This document shows, piece after piece, positions 9,458 through 17,666 of a DNA stretch of 57,656 nucleotides. The translations under genes and the position numbers were made by a program. Each line of letters starts with the position of its first letter. Position 1 is the first letter of the stretch. Origin of the DNA: Clostridiales bacterium UBA3953 (GTDB lineage: Bacteria > Bacillota > Clostridia > Oscillospirales > CAG-272); assembly GCA_002385415.1 (NCBI GenBank), contig DGDL01000041.1, positions 23,345 through 81,000 on the forward strand. Reading direction: 5' to 3'. Under the pieces are notes generated by a model. The model saw nothing but the letters and a program-made list of their open reading frames with translations. It was not told the DNA's origin and made no database searches.

Positions 9458-10990
9458 ATGACAGGTCACAAGCAAACCGTAGTGGTGCTCGATTTCGGCG
9501 GGCAGTATAAAGAACTTATCGCACAGAGCATACGCAAGCTCGGCGTATATTCCGAAATTTTGCCGGGCAACGCAACACTTGACGAAATTACAGCGTCCCG
9601 CCCCATTGGCATAATAATGACGGGTGGGCCGAGCAGCGTCGATGAAGATGACGCACTGACAGCCGACCCGAGGCTGTTTGAGCTGGGCATACCGGTGCTC
9701 GGCATTTGTTACGGTATGCAGCTCATGTGTCACATGCTGGGCGGCGAGGTCACCCGCGGCGAGCAGGGCGAATATGGGCGCGTCAAGGCGGAGCTTGACG
9801 ATAATTGTGTGCTGTTTAGGGGTATAGATACCCGACCGATGGTGCTAATGAGCCATCACGACCGTGTGAAAACCCTGCCGGAGGGATTTGAATGCTTCGG
9901 CAAGACCAAAACCTGCCCTATTGCGGCTTGTGGAAACGTGGAGAGAAAGCTCTATGCGCTGCAGTTTCATCCCGAGGTCAAAAACACCGACGAAGGTCAG
10001 GAGATTTTGCGCAATTTCCTTTTCGATGTCTGCGGCGCGACGGGCGACTACAGCATCGACGACTATATAGAGCAGTCAGTTTCCGAGATTCGCGAGCGGG
10101 TTGGGGACAAGCGTGTGCTGCTCGCGCTGTCGGGCGGAGTGGACTCGTCGGTCTGCGCGGCGCTTTTGTCGCGAGCGGTGCCCGGCCAGCTCACCTGCAT
10201 TTTCGTTGACCACGGTTTCATGCGCAAAAACGAGTCTGACGAGGTCGAGGCCGCGTTTTCCGGCCGTGATCTGCACTTTATACGCGTTGACGCCGCCGAC
10301 CGCTTCCTTGCAAAGCTTGCAGGCGTGACCGACCCTGAACAGAAGCGCAAGCTAATCGGCGCGGAGTTTGTGGCGGTGTTCGAGGAAGAGGCGAAACGAC
10401 TTGGCGAGATACACTTCCTTGCGCAGGGCACAATTTACTCGGACGTTGTCGAGTCGGGCGTCGGCAAATCGGCGAAAATAAAAAGCCACCACAATGTCGG
10501 CGGCCTGCCCGAGGAGATAGGATTCGAGGGCATCATAGAGCCGCTGAGAGGGCTGTTTAAAGACGAGGTACGCGAGCTGGGCCGCAGGCTCGGTTTGCCC
10601 GATGCGTTTGTCGAGCGCCAGCCATTCCCCGGCCCGGGGCTTGCAATCCGCATAATCGGCGAGGTGACGCGCGAAAAACTCGATATTTTGCGCGAGGCCG
10701 ACTATATATGCCGCACCGAGTTCGACAAGTTGAAAAAGAAGCCCGACCAGTATTTCGCGGTGCTTACCAACACCCGTTCGGTAGGCGTTATGGGGGACGG
10801 GCGCACTTATGCGTATGTGCTTGCTCTGCGCGCGGTTACAACTACCGATTTTATGACCTGTGACTATACGCGCATCCCGCACGCCACGCTTGCGCGCACC
10901 GCATCACGTATCGTAAACGAGGTGAGGGGAATCAGCCGCGTCGTGTTCGACATCACCGGCAAGCCGCCGGCAACAATTGAATGGGAATGA
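9458..10990 (+). CDS. guaA: GMP synthase (glutamine-hydrolysing)
   Basis: N-terminal GATase (ICYGMQ) and the ATP-pyrophosphatase motif SGGVDSSV. The C-terminus ends PPATIEWE. Confidence 0.92.
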   Translation: MTGHKQTVVVLDFGGQYKELIAQSIRKLGVYSEILPGNATLDEITASRPIGIIMTGGPSSVDEDDALTADPRLFELGIPVLGICYGMQLMCHMLGGEVTRGEQGEYGRVKAELDDNCVLFRGIDTRPMVLMSHHDRVKTLPEGFECFGKTKTCPIAACGNVERKLYALQFHPEVKNTDEGQEILRNFLFDVCGATGDYSIDDYIEQSVSEIRERVGDKRVLLALSGGVDSSVCAALLSRAVPGQLTCIFVDHGFMRKNESDEVEAAFSGRDLHFIRVDAADRFLAKLAGVTDPEQKRKLIGAEFVAVFEEEAKRLGEIHFLAQGTIYSDVVESGVGKSAKIKSHHNVGGLPEEIGFEGIIEPLRGLFKDEVRELGRRLGLPDAFVERQPFPGPGLAIRIIGEVTREKLDILREADYICRTEFDKLKKKPDQYFAVLTNTRSVGVMGDGRTYAYVLALRAVTTTDFMTCDYTRIPHATLARTASRIVNEVRGISRVVFDITGKPPATIEWE

Positions 10991-11006
10991 TAAAGTGAAA
11001 TTATAG

Positions 11007-11042
11007 GCCGCAAACCGAGAAACAACCGGTTTGCGGCTTTTC
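11007..11042 (+). terminator. intrinsic terminator after guaA
   Basis: Perfect 11-bp stem GCCGCAAACCG / CGGTTTGCGGC followed by TTTT. Confidence 0.8.
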
Positions 11043-11243
11043 AGTGTTTCCGGCGTATTATCAGACCGCGTTCAAAATCAATTACACGCGCAGCGCAGAT
11101 GAAAGACATTATTTATGACAACGTCGGCAATGCGTTTACGCTTGCCTGCGACTTGTCGTTGAGTGAATATCTACTACGGTTGCCTTGAAAAGGCAGGAGC
11201 AATATGCTCACTGCTTGAAAAACCCGCATATCAAAATTTTGAA

Positions 11244-11268
11244 GGCTGCGAAAGCAGCCCTTTATTTT
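11244..11268 (+). terminator. terminator-like GAAA-tetraloop hairpin in the guaA-cas3 spacer
   Basis: GGCTGC-GAAA-GCAGCC followed by CTTTATTTT. No gene was identified that it would terminate. Confidence 0.35.
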
Positions 11269-11295
11269 ACAAAACATTTCGGACCCTGACAACTA

Positions 11296-11324
11296 TTGAC
11301 ATGTATGTACATCGTTGGTATCAT
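11296..11324 (+). promoter_or_regulatory. sigma-A-type promoter upstream of the cas3 remnant
   Basis: TTGACA at 11296-11301, a 17-nt spacer, then TATCAT at 11319-11324. Confidence 0.45.
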
Positions 11325-11368
11325 TATGTATAAATTAAAATTTGTAAAGAGGGTGTTGGTGATGCAAA

Positions 11369-12160
11369 ATGACATATTACGCTCGCAAGTCTGAAGACGG
11401 CAGAAAACAAAGCATGAAAGAGCACGCGATGGGCGTAGCGGAGCGTGCAGGGCAATTTGCCGGCGCTTTCGGGTTTTCAGAGTACGGCAGGACAATTGGA
11501 CTGCATCACGACGACGGAAAATACACAAGCACGTTTCAGGCGCGGCTGGACGGCAGCGGCATTCAGTACGAGCACTCGTCTGCCGGCGCATACCTGCTTG
11601 CCAAAAAAGGATTTGAGACACGCGACCCTGTATATATAATGCTCGCCCATGCGATAGCGGGACATCACAGCGGGCTTCCAGACACCGGCTCGCGTAATTC
11701 GCCTGAAGACAGCGGTACTTTTTTCGGCAAGTACAACCGCCGGGAAAAGATGGTATTTGATTTCGGCGCTTATGAAAGTGAGCTTGGGCCGATAGGCACT
11801 CAAGCGGCGCTGCCGAAGGAGTTCAAAAATAATTACAGCCTGCAGTTTCTCGGGCGCATGTTGTTTTCGGCGCTCGTGGACGCGGATTTCCTCGATACCG
11901 AGCATTTTATGTCGGACGGCAAGATCAGCCGCATAAGTGGGGAGGATATTCCGACGCTCAAAGCGCGGTTTGACGCGCACATGCGGTCGAAATTTGCCGG
12001 TGCCGCCGGCCCGATAAACCAAAAACGCGCCGAAATTCTCGCCGCTTGCCGCGCGGCGGCGGAGGGTGAGCGGGGAATATACAGACTCACCGTCCCGACC
12101 GGTGGGGGAAAGACGCTGTCGTCGCTTGCATTTGCGCACCACACGGGGGACGTGGGTTGA
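11369..12160 (+). pseudogene. cas3: truncated CRISPR-associated helicase/nuclease Cas3 (HD domain plus helicase motif I only), fused in frame to a CRISPR repeat
   Basis: HD-domain motifs (GLHHDDGKY, HAIAGHHSGLPD) and Walker A/motif I (VPTGGGKTLSSLAFA) are present. The last 7 codons (HHTGDVG) and the TGA stop are encoded by CRISPR repeat sequence, so roughly two thirds of a normal Cas3 is missing. Confidence 0.8.
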
Positions 12161-12299
12161 AATCATACGCGTCCGATTTTGTTTGGCTAAAGGATAGCGT
12201 CGTCCCCCACACGGGGGACGTGGGTTGAAATTATTACGCCATCGGAAAAAGTACCAGCAGGCACGTGTCGTCCCCCACACGGGGGACGTGGGATAGGGG
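12139..12299 (+). CRISPR. residual type I-C-like CRISPR array: one 5'-truncated repeat, one full repeat, one repeat intact for 26 nt, and two 35-nt spacers
   Basis: The 33-nt repeat GTCGTCCCCCACACGGGGGACGTGGGTTGAAAT is full length at 12199-12231. Its positions 9-33 occur at 12139-12163 and positions 1-26 at 12267-12292. The spacers lie at 12164-12198 and 12232-12266. A palindromic core with a ...TTGAAAT tail is typical of I-C repeats. Confidence 0.85.
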
Positions 12300-12322
12300 A
12301 AATATTTTCGGAGGATGTTACA

Positions 12323-12955
12323 ATGCATAAAAAGATAATTGCGATTTTAATAATTTTATTTAATGTTTCATTACATACTTCGTGTAGAATAGTTGTTTTT
12401 CCTGAAAAATTGCCGAGCTTTTATTTAGATATCAATCAAAAAACAAACAACAATGAAAAAACAAGTGATAATGAAACCAATGAAAAAAGTATTACTCCAT
12501 ATTTGCTGCAATCAGGAGATGTTATTAAGGATAATGGTTTCTTTCAAGTAGGCGAAGTAACATTTCTGTATTCAAATGACATCTTTAAAGTAACAAACAA
12601 TAGCGAAAGTATTGTTAGAGTAACATGTATGGTCATTGGTACTAAAGTTGATGGGACTTATGAAATATTGCAGTATGCAGGATTTGGCGGAATTGATCAG
12701 ACAAAATACAAAAAAGATCTCGAAGAAAACGGATGGGCTGTTGAACATTATACAAATATGATAAGGCCTGGGGAAACGCTGTATGCAACATTATCGATTA
12801 GCGATTTCCAATATGAAGGAGTTCCCAAGCCTGACATTGACAATGACGGATTTTATGAGTTAAAGTTTATGATTAGTCCACAAAGTAACGAGGATGTAAT
12901 TGAAATTTCATTAAATGATCCCGTATCAGATATGTATAAACTTCCAGTTGATTGA
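12323..12955 (+). CDS. hypothetical secreted/lipoprotein-like protein on an AT-rich insertion
   Basis: A GGAGGA RBS lies 8 nt upstream. The N-terminus MHKKIIAILIILFNVSLHTSC has a signal-peptide shape with a Cys at the end, an Asn/Lys-rich linker, then a beta-rich domain. Lines counted by hand gave about 30-32% G+C, against about 63% in the flanking cas3 DNA. Confidence 0.6.
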   Translation: MHKKIIAILIILFNVSLHTSCRIVVFPEKLPSFYLDINQKTNNNEKTSDNETNEKSITPYLLQSGDVIKDNGFFQVGEVTFLYSNDIFKVTNNSESIVRVTCMVIGTKVDGTYEILQYAGFGGIDQTKYKKDLEENGWAVEHYTNMIRPGETLYATLSISDFQYEGVPKPDIDNDGFYELKFMISPQSNEDVIEISLNDPVSDMYKLPVD

Positions 12956-13046
12956 TTATGCCTATTTGCATTTGATAATGTATTTTAATATAAAATTTTG
13001 TTGTTTTCCATGGTGTCTCTTGTTGCCTCTATCGCGTTGAGATAGA

Positions 13047-13073
13047 TTGAAATAGCGTCCCCCACGCGGGGAC
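13047..13073 (+). repeat. CRISPR repeat relics: repeat tail TTGAAAT followed after 1 nt by a degenerate repeat head
   Basis: 13047-13053 is TTGAAAT, which equals repeat positions 27-33. 13055-13073 is GCGTCCCCCACGCGGGGAC, compared with repeat positions 2-21 TCGTCCCCCACACGGGGGAC. Confidence 0.6.
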
Positions 13074-13082
13074 TTTTCTTTT
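13057..13082 (+). terminator. intrinsic terminator built from the repeat-like palindrome
   Basis: Stem GTCCCC / GGGGAC with a 5-nt loop, followed by TTTTCTTTT. Confidence 0.5.
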
Positions 13083-13093
13083 ACTCCCCCTTG

Positions 13094-13109
13094 AATTTGC
13101 CGGCAAATT
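13094..13109. promoter_or_regulatory. perfect 16-bp palindrome (candidate operator) overlapping a -35-like TTGAAT upstream of the MFS gene
   Basis: AATTTGCCGGCAAATT. The half-site GGCAAATT recurs near 13226. Confidence 0.35.
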
Positions 13110-13269
13110 ATTGCATAATATATTAATCAACCCAAATTGCAAAGCGGAGCTGTAAAATGACAGACAAAAACAAAGCAGCGCAGTCTCGCGCGGATGCCCG
13201 ACGCTGTAATATTCCGACTTTTCCGGTGGCAAATTTTGTGTTAAACCGAGCGCCCAGACAGGAGCTTTT

Positions 13270-14583
13270 ATGAGAAAACCGGTGTTTTCCAGGGAATCCC
13301 GGCGACTGTTTTTGCTCTGTTTTTTTGCTTACTCGGCAATATACATCGGGCGTAAAAACTTTTCGGTCTGCATGCCGGGCATGATAGAGGCGGGGGTAAT
13401 CGACAAGGTGCTCGGCGGCACGACGGGGACGGCATTCCTTGCGGCTTACGCTTGCGGCCAGCTTATAAACGGGCTGCTCGGCGACCGCATAAACCCCAAA
13501 TATATGATAGCCGGCGGACTGATGGGCGCCGCCGCCGCCAATATAGCCATGGGTGCAAACAGCACGCCCGCATTCTTCCCGATAATATGGGGTATAAACG
13601 GGTTTTTCTGTTCGATGATATGGGCGCCGACTATACGCATCCTTTCGGAAGGGTTAAGCGAAAAGGAGCGTCAGTCGGGCGGGGTCGCAATCTCGGTCTC
13701 TATACCGACCGGTACTGTGCTGTCATATTTGGTTTGTGCCGCCGTGCTCGGATTTGCCGATTGGCGCGCCGCCTTTTTCGGCTGCGGCGTTATTCTTGCC
13801 GCCGCGTCAACTATATTTTATATCAATATGACCGCGCTTTCGCGCCAAAAAGCGACCGAGGGCGCGCAAAGTACGCCCGAGCGTACTGATACACCGGACG
13901 CGGTGCAGAGCGCCCCGCTTCCCGAACATCTTGCAAAGCTTAAAAAAGCAAGTCTACCGGTATTAATACTCTATACGGGTCTTTGTTTTGCAATCGGTGG
14001 TATTCTTTTTAACGGGATACTCAAGGACGGGCTCGACCTTTGGGTTCCATCATATATAAGCGAGTATTTCGGCATGGACGATGCGGCTGTGGCGGCGCTT
14101 TCGACCGTGCTTCCCATAGTAAATATAACCGGCATTTATTTCGCGCGCATGATAAACGTGCGCTATATACGCAACGAGCTTGGCACCTGCGCCCTGCTGT
14201 TCGGTATCAGCGCAATTTCGTTTATCCCTCTTGTGTTCATCTCGCTAGCCGGTGTGCGCGGCATAGTGCCCGCTATATTTGCGGTGCTTTTGATTTCGAT
14301 AACCAGCGGGACGATGCTGGGTATAAACTCGATGCTGTTGACCTTTATCCCGTTCAGGTTCGCCCGGCTCAACCGCTCCTCGTCGGTGACGGGATTTTTA
14401 AACTTCTGCTCGTATGCGGCTGCCTCACTTTCTGGTGTGACAATCGGGCTGATTTCGTCATCGTTCGGCTGGACTGTAACCGTAATCTCGTTTATGGCAG
14501 TGTCGCTTTCGGGCGCCGCCGTCTGTGCTGCCGGACTGAAAATTTGGAGGCGCAGCGCAGATATGCTCAGTGACGAGCCGTAA
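13270..14583 (+). CDS. MFS transporter (organophosphate/sugar-phosphate antiporter-like)
   Basis: 437 aa with about 12 predicted TM segments and an MFS-like loop pattern (GQLINGLLGDRINPK). A CAGGAG RBS is present. Confidence 0.8.
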   Translation: MRKPVFSRESRRLFLLCFFAYSAIYIGRKNFSVCMPGMIEAGVIDKVLGGTTGTAFLAAYACGQLINGLLGDRINPKYMIAGGLMGAAAANIAMGANSTPAFFPIIWGINGFFCSMIWAPTIRILSEGLSEKERQSGGVAISVSIPTGTVLSYLVCAAVLGFADWRAAFFGCGVILAAASTIFYINMTALSRQKATEGAQSTPERTDTPDAVQSAPLPEHLAKLKKASLPVLILYTGLCFAIGGILFNGILKDGLDLWVPSYISEYFGMDDAAVAALSTVLPIVNITGIYFARMINVRYIRNELGTCALLFGISAISFIPLVFISLAGVRGIVPAIFAVLLISITSGTMLGINSMLLTFIPFRFARLNRSSSVTGFLNFCSYAAASLSGVTIGLISSSFGWTVTVISFMAVSLSGAAVCAAGLKIWRRSADMLSDEP

Positions 14584-14601
14584 AACCGCACATCGTAAAA
14601 C

Positions 14602-14648
14602 AAAAAAGTCGGAGTGCACGAAAATGTGTACTCCGACTTTGGATTTTT
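14602..14648. terminator. bidirectional terminator between the convergent MFS and GH76 genes
   Basis: Stem AAAGTCGGAGT / ACTCCGACTTT is flanked by an A-run on one side and a T-run on the other. Confidence 0.7.
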
Positions 14649-14650
14649 GC

Positions 14651-15676
14651 TTATTTTATGCAATTGAACATGAGCGCGACCGCGGTGCTCATGCCGAACA
14701 CGTCATACTCAGAAATATCGTCGCTCGTCTTGTCGCCCCATGCCGTCCATATAAGACCGTCTTTGTTGCGGTTCGACCAGGCCGCCGCCGCGTTGAGCCG
14801 CAGCCAGTCGATATACTCGTGACTGTCGGTCTTTAGCGCAAACTTGCGCAGCCAGCGGGTAAGTATTCCCTTGAAACCGATGAGGTCGCCGCCGGCCGTC
14901 TCGTTGTTCATGACACCGCCCGCATACATCTCGTTTAGCGCGAAATCGGCGGCTTTCTTTGCGTAATTTAGGTATTTTTCGTCGCCGGTATGCTCCCAGA
15001 GCAGAGTGCATGCACCGATGAATGTACCTTGGTTGTAGGTCGAGGCCCACCTGTTTATCGAGCCGTCGATGTTGATGCAGTCGTACACCCGGCCGGTGTC
15101 GGGTTCAAACAGGGTTTTGAACACCCAGTCCATGACCGACGCTGCACCCTCGAAATACCGCTCGTCGCCGGTCACTTTGCCGAGCAGGCAAGCCGCAATC
15201 GAGCCGGGGCCGCAGATGCAGGCGTTTTTGCACTGCCGGTCGGTGCGCCACCACAGCCCGCCGCCGAGTGCGTCGTCATAGGAGCGCTCCCACGCAACGT
15301 GAAAATTCTCTTTGGCATAATCGAGGAATTCGCCTATGCCGGTGAGCATATAGGCACGCGTATAGGCGATAACCAGCCACATAATATCATCGTTGTAGAT
15401 GTTGTGCGCCCAGTTATTGCCGTTTTTCTTTATCGTGGCTGCCGAAATCTCGCGAATGTGAGCGAGAAATTTCTCGTCACCGGTGCGCTCAAACGCGTCG
15501 ACCACTGTTTCAAAAATTTCGGCGTTGTCCCAAAAATCGGCGTTTGTAAACTCGCCGTCCCGATAGTATTCAGCTATAAATGCGTCATAGGTCGCATACG
15601 CCATGTCGCGGTACGAAAGGCCCGTAGCCTCGCACACCTCGGCAAGCGTTGCGCTCGAACTTGCAAAATCAGCCAT
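14651..15676 (-). CDS. glycoside hydrolase family 76-like protein (alpha-1,6-mannanase fold), no signal peptide
   Basis: GH76-like motifs are present (FWDNAEIFETVVDAFERTGD, GGLWWRTD, CINIDGSINRWASTYNQG). The start is set at MADFASS, which has an AAGGAGA RBS. The upstream 35 codons of the track ORF lack an RBS. Confidence 0.75.
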   Translation of the reverse strand: MADFASSSATLAEVCEATGLSYRDMAYATYDAFIAEYYRDGEFTNADFWDNAEIFETVVDAFERTGDEKFLAHIREISAATIKKNGNNWAHNIYNDDIMWLVIAYTRAYMLTGIGEFLDYAKENFHVAWERSYDDALGGGLWWRTDRQCKNACICGPGSIAACLLGKVTGDERYFEGAASVMDWVFKTLFEPDTGRVYDCINIDGSINRWASTYNQGTFIGACTLLWEHTGDEKYLNYAKKAADFALNEMYAGGVMNNETAGGDLIGFKGILTRWLRKFALKTDSHEYIDWLRLNAAAAWSNRNKDGLIWTAWGDKTSDDISEYDVFGMSTAVALMFNCIK

Positions 15677-15866
15677 TTTTATCTCCTTGAGCCTGTTTAT
15701 TGTTTTGTGCAGTGATTGCTTGTCCGATATTGTCGCATAATTATAACACTGCAGCGCAAACTTGTCAACGAGCGCGGGCACATAAATCGCGGTGCAGGAA
15801 ATTAAAGTACCGACTTGCGCTGCAAGCGGTAAAATGGTATAATATTATAGGAAGCTGGATAGCAGG

Positions 15867-16367
15867 CTACCATTTTCGGACATGCGTGATGTGCAAAAAG
15901 CGCACCCGCTGGTAAATATATGTGTCGAGCGGACGGTAGTCGCAGTCTATCTCGTGAGCGGCGACAAGCACCGTGCCCGGTGTGGGCGGGCTGCCTGACA
16001 CAGCCACGATTATGGCGGTGTGCGCGAAGCGGCTGCCGTCAAACGAAAGCTGCACCACGTCGCCGGGCTCGACAGTGCCGAGGTCTGCGGTGACGGCGAC
16101 CGGCCCGACGCCTTTGTTTGTTGTTAGAAAATTATAAAGATACTGCACGCCCGTCCAGGCCGGCGCTCGGTCGTTTATATTGCGATAATACCAGCCGAAG
16201 GTCGGCGTGTAGTTCATTATGCCCGAGCCTGCATATAGTGCCTGGGACACAAAATTTGTGCAGTCGCCCCCCATACCGGCAAAATCGGCATAGCGGGGAT
16301 TGCGCTTGTATGCCCAGGTATGGGCATAACTGACCGCTGCATCGCGGTTATACTCTACGTCACGCAT
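15867..16367 (-). CDS. putative amidase-domain protein (cysteine peptidase/amidase-like)
   Basis: GGDCTNFVSQALYAGSG and a later ...FAHTAIIV... match the Cys/His pattern of the 'putative amidase domain' family. The ATG at 16367 has an AAGGTG RBS. Confidence 0.65.
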   Translation of the reverse strand: MRDVEYNRDAAVSYAHTWAYKRNPRYADFAGMGGDCTNFVSQALYAGSGIMNYTPTFGWYYRNINDRAPAWTGVQYLYNFLTTNKGVGPVAVTADLGTVEPGDVVQLSFDGSRFAHTAIIVAVSGSPPTPGTVLVAAHEIDCDYRPLDTYIYQRVRFLHITHVRKW

Positions 16368-16415
16368 AACACACCTTGAAACATTAATATAGCCGTTTCC
16401 CAAAAGGGTTTAAAA

Positions 16416-17624
16416 GTGGAGCAAACAGGATTGACCCAAACAGTTACGAATTTTTTGGCAGGTACCGGTATGGATGAAACCGCGGCAGCGGGTTTGGCAG
16501 GTGCCGGTGTTGCTTTTGCTGCGATATTATGCTGCGCGCTGGCTTATTTTGTCGTAAAAAAGCCTCTGCTCATGTTGATTGGCACCGCAACAAAGAAAAG
16601 CAAAGTCAAGTGGGCCGGCGTATTTCATGCACGCGGCGTTTTCGACCGGCTGGTGCTGCTTATACCGGCGCTGATGCTGTATTTCTTTTCGCCGGCTTTC
16701 GGGCCGGGCGAGGCATTTGTGCGCGGACTTGCGGGCTTCGTTTGCGTGCTTGCGTCGCTGCTTGCCTTCGGGCGGCTGCTCGACGCGGTAGACGACATCT
16801 ATCGCACCTATGAAATGTCAAAGCTGCGCCCGATTAAAGGCTATCTTCAGGTTATCAAAATCGCCTCATATATAATTGCCGCGGTGCTCGGTATAAGCGC
16901 GCTGCTCGACAAGTCGCCGGCGTGGATACTCGGCGGAATAGGTGCGGCGACCGCAGTGCTGATGCTGATATTTCAAAACACCATTTTAGGTTTTGTCGCA
17001 AGCATTCAGCTTACCGAAAACGACATGCTGCATATCGGCGACTGGATAGAGATGCCGACCCGGGACGCAAACGGGTTTGTTGTCGATATATCCCTGCACA
17101 CCGTCAAGGTGCAAAACTGGGACAAATCTATCACCACGGTTCCTACACACGCGCTTATGAGCGAGTCGTTTCACAACTGGCGCGGCATGTGGGAGATAGG
17201 CGGCCGGCGAATCAAGCGCGCCGTAAATATCGACATGCGCAGCGTGCGATTTGTGGACGACGAGCTGGCTGTGCGGCTCGGGAAAATGCCGTATGTCAAA
17301 GAGTACTTAAGCGTAGCGGGCTCGCAGGGCGGGCCGCCGCCGACAAATCTCGGCGCGCTGCGCGCCTATCTTACCGGATTTCTGCAAAATAACCCCGATA
17401 TACGGGGCGACATGCTCCTAAAAGTCAGGTATCTCGACCCGACAGAGCACGGCATCCCGCTTGAAATATATGCTTTTGCCGCCGCCACTAATTTTGACAG
17501 GTTCGAGGACATCCAATCGGAAATATTTGAGCATGTTATAACGGTAATCCCGCAGTTTGGGCTGCGGATATACCAGAACATTTCCGGCTCCGACCTTGCA
17601 GAGGTAGCGGAGCGGTGCAATTAG
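16416..17624 (+). CDS. mechanosensitive ion channel family protein (MscS-like)
   Basis: N-terminal TM helices followed by the MscS beta-domain pattern (IGDWIEM...GFVVDISLHTVKVQNWDKSITTVP). The GTG start is uncertain. Confidence 0.8.
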   Translation: MEQTGLTQTVTNFLAGTGMDETAAAGLAGAGVAFAAILCCALAYFVVKKPLLMLIGTATKKSKVKWAGVFHARGVFDRLVLLIPALMLYFFSPAFGPGEAFVRGLAGFVCVLASLLAFGRLLDAVDDIYRTYEMSKLRPIKGYLQVIKIASYIIAAVLGISALLDKSPAWILGGIGAATAVLMLIFQNTILGFVASIQLTENDMLHIGDWIEMPTRDANGFVVDISLHTVKVQNWDKSITTVPTHALMSESFHNWRGMWEIGGRRIKRAVNIDMRSVRFVDDELAVRLGKMPYVKEYLSVAGSQGGPPPTNLGALRAYLTGFLQNNPDIRGDMLLKVRYLDPTEHGIPLEIYAFAAATNFDRFEDIQSEIFEHVITVIPQFGLRIYQNISGSDLAEVAERCN

Positions 17625-17666
17625 ATATAAGCAGGAAGGGAGAGAAGTGATAAATACTGTCGTTTT

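Noticed and set aside
12292-13046. GATAG at both ends of the AT-rich cassette read as a target-site duplication of a transposon.
   Set aside because: The reconstructed target, the consensus repeat, does not contain GATAG at the break point, so it cannot be a duplicated target. No terminal inverted repeats or transposase are present. It is kept only as an observation within the insertion finding.
13029-13232. 67-aa minus-strand ORF across the CRISPR relic and MFS promoter region.
   Set aside because: It has no RBS, spans the repeat-derived terminator and the palindrome, and its composition is inconsistent with either flank.
15677-15781. 35-codon N-terminal extension of the GH76-like ORF, and the similar extensions of the amidase (16368-16403), lysA (47938-48015), NUDIX (57108-57290), fibre (28093-28242), DUF2953 (44314-44466) and scaffold (32049-32087) ORFs.
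   Set aside because: Internal starts have good SD sequences or 4-nt coupling overlaps, and the family-typical N-termini begin there. The extensions overlap neighbouring genes or lack RBSs.
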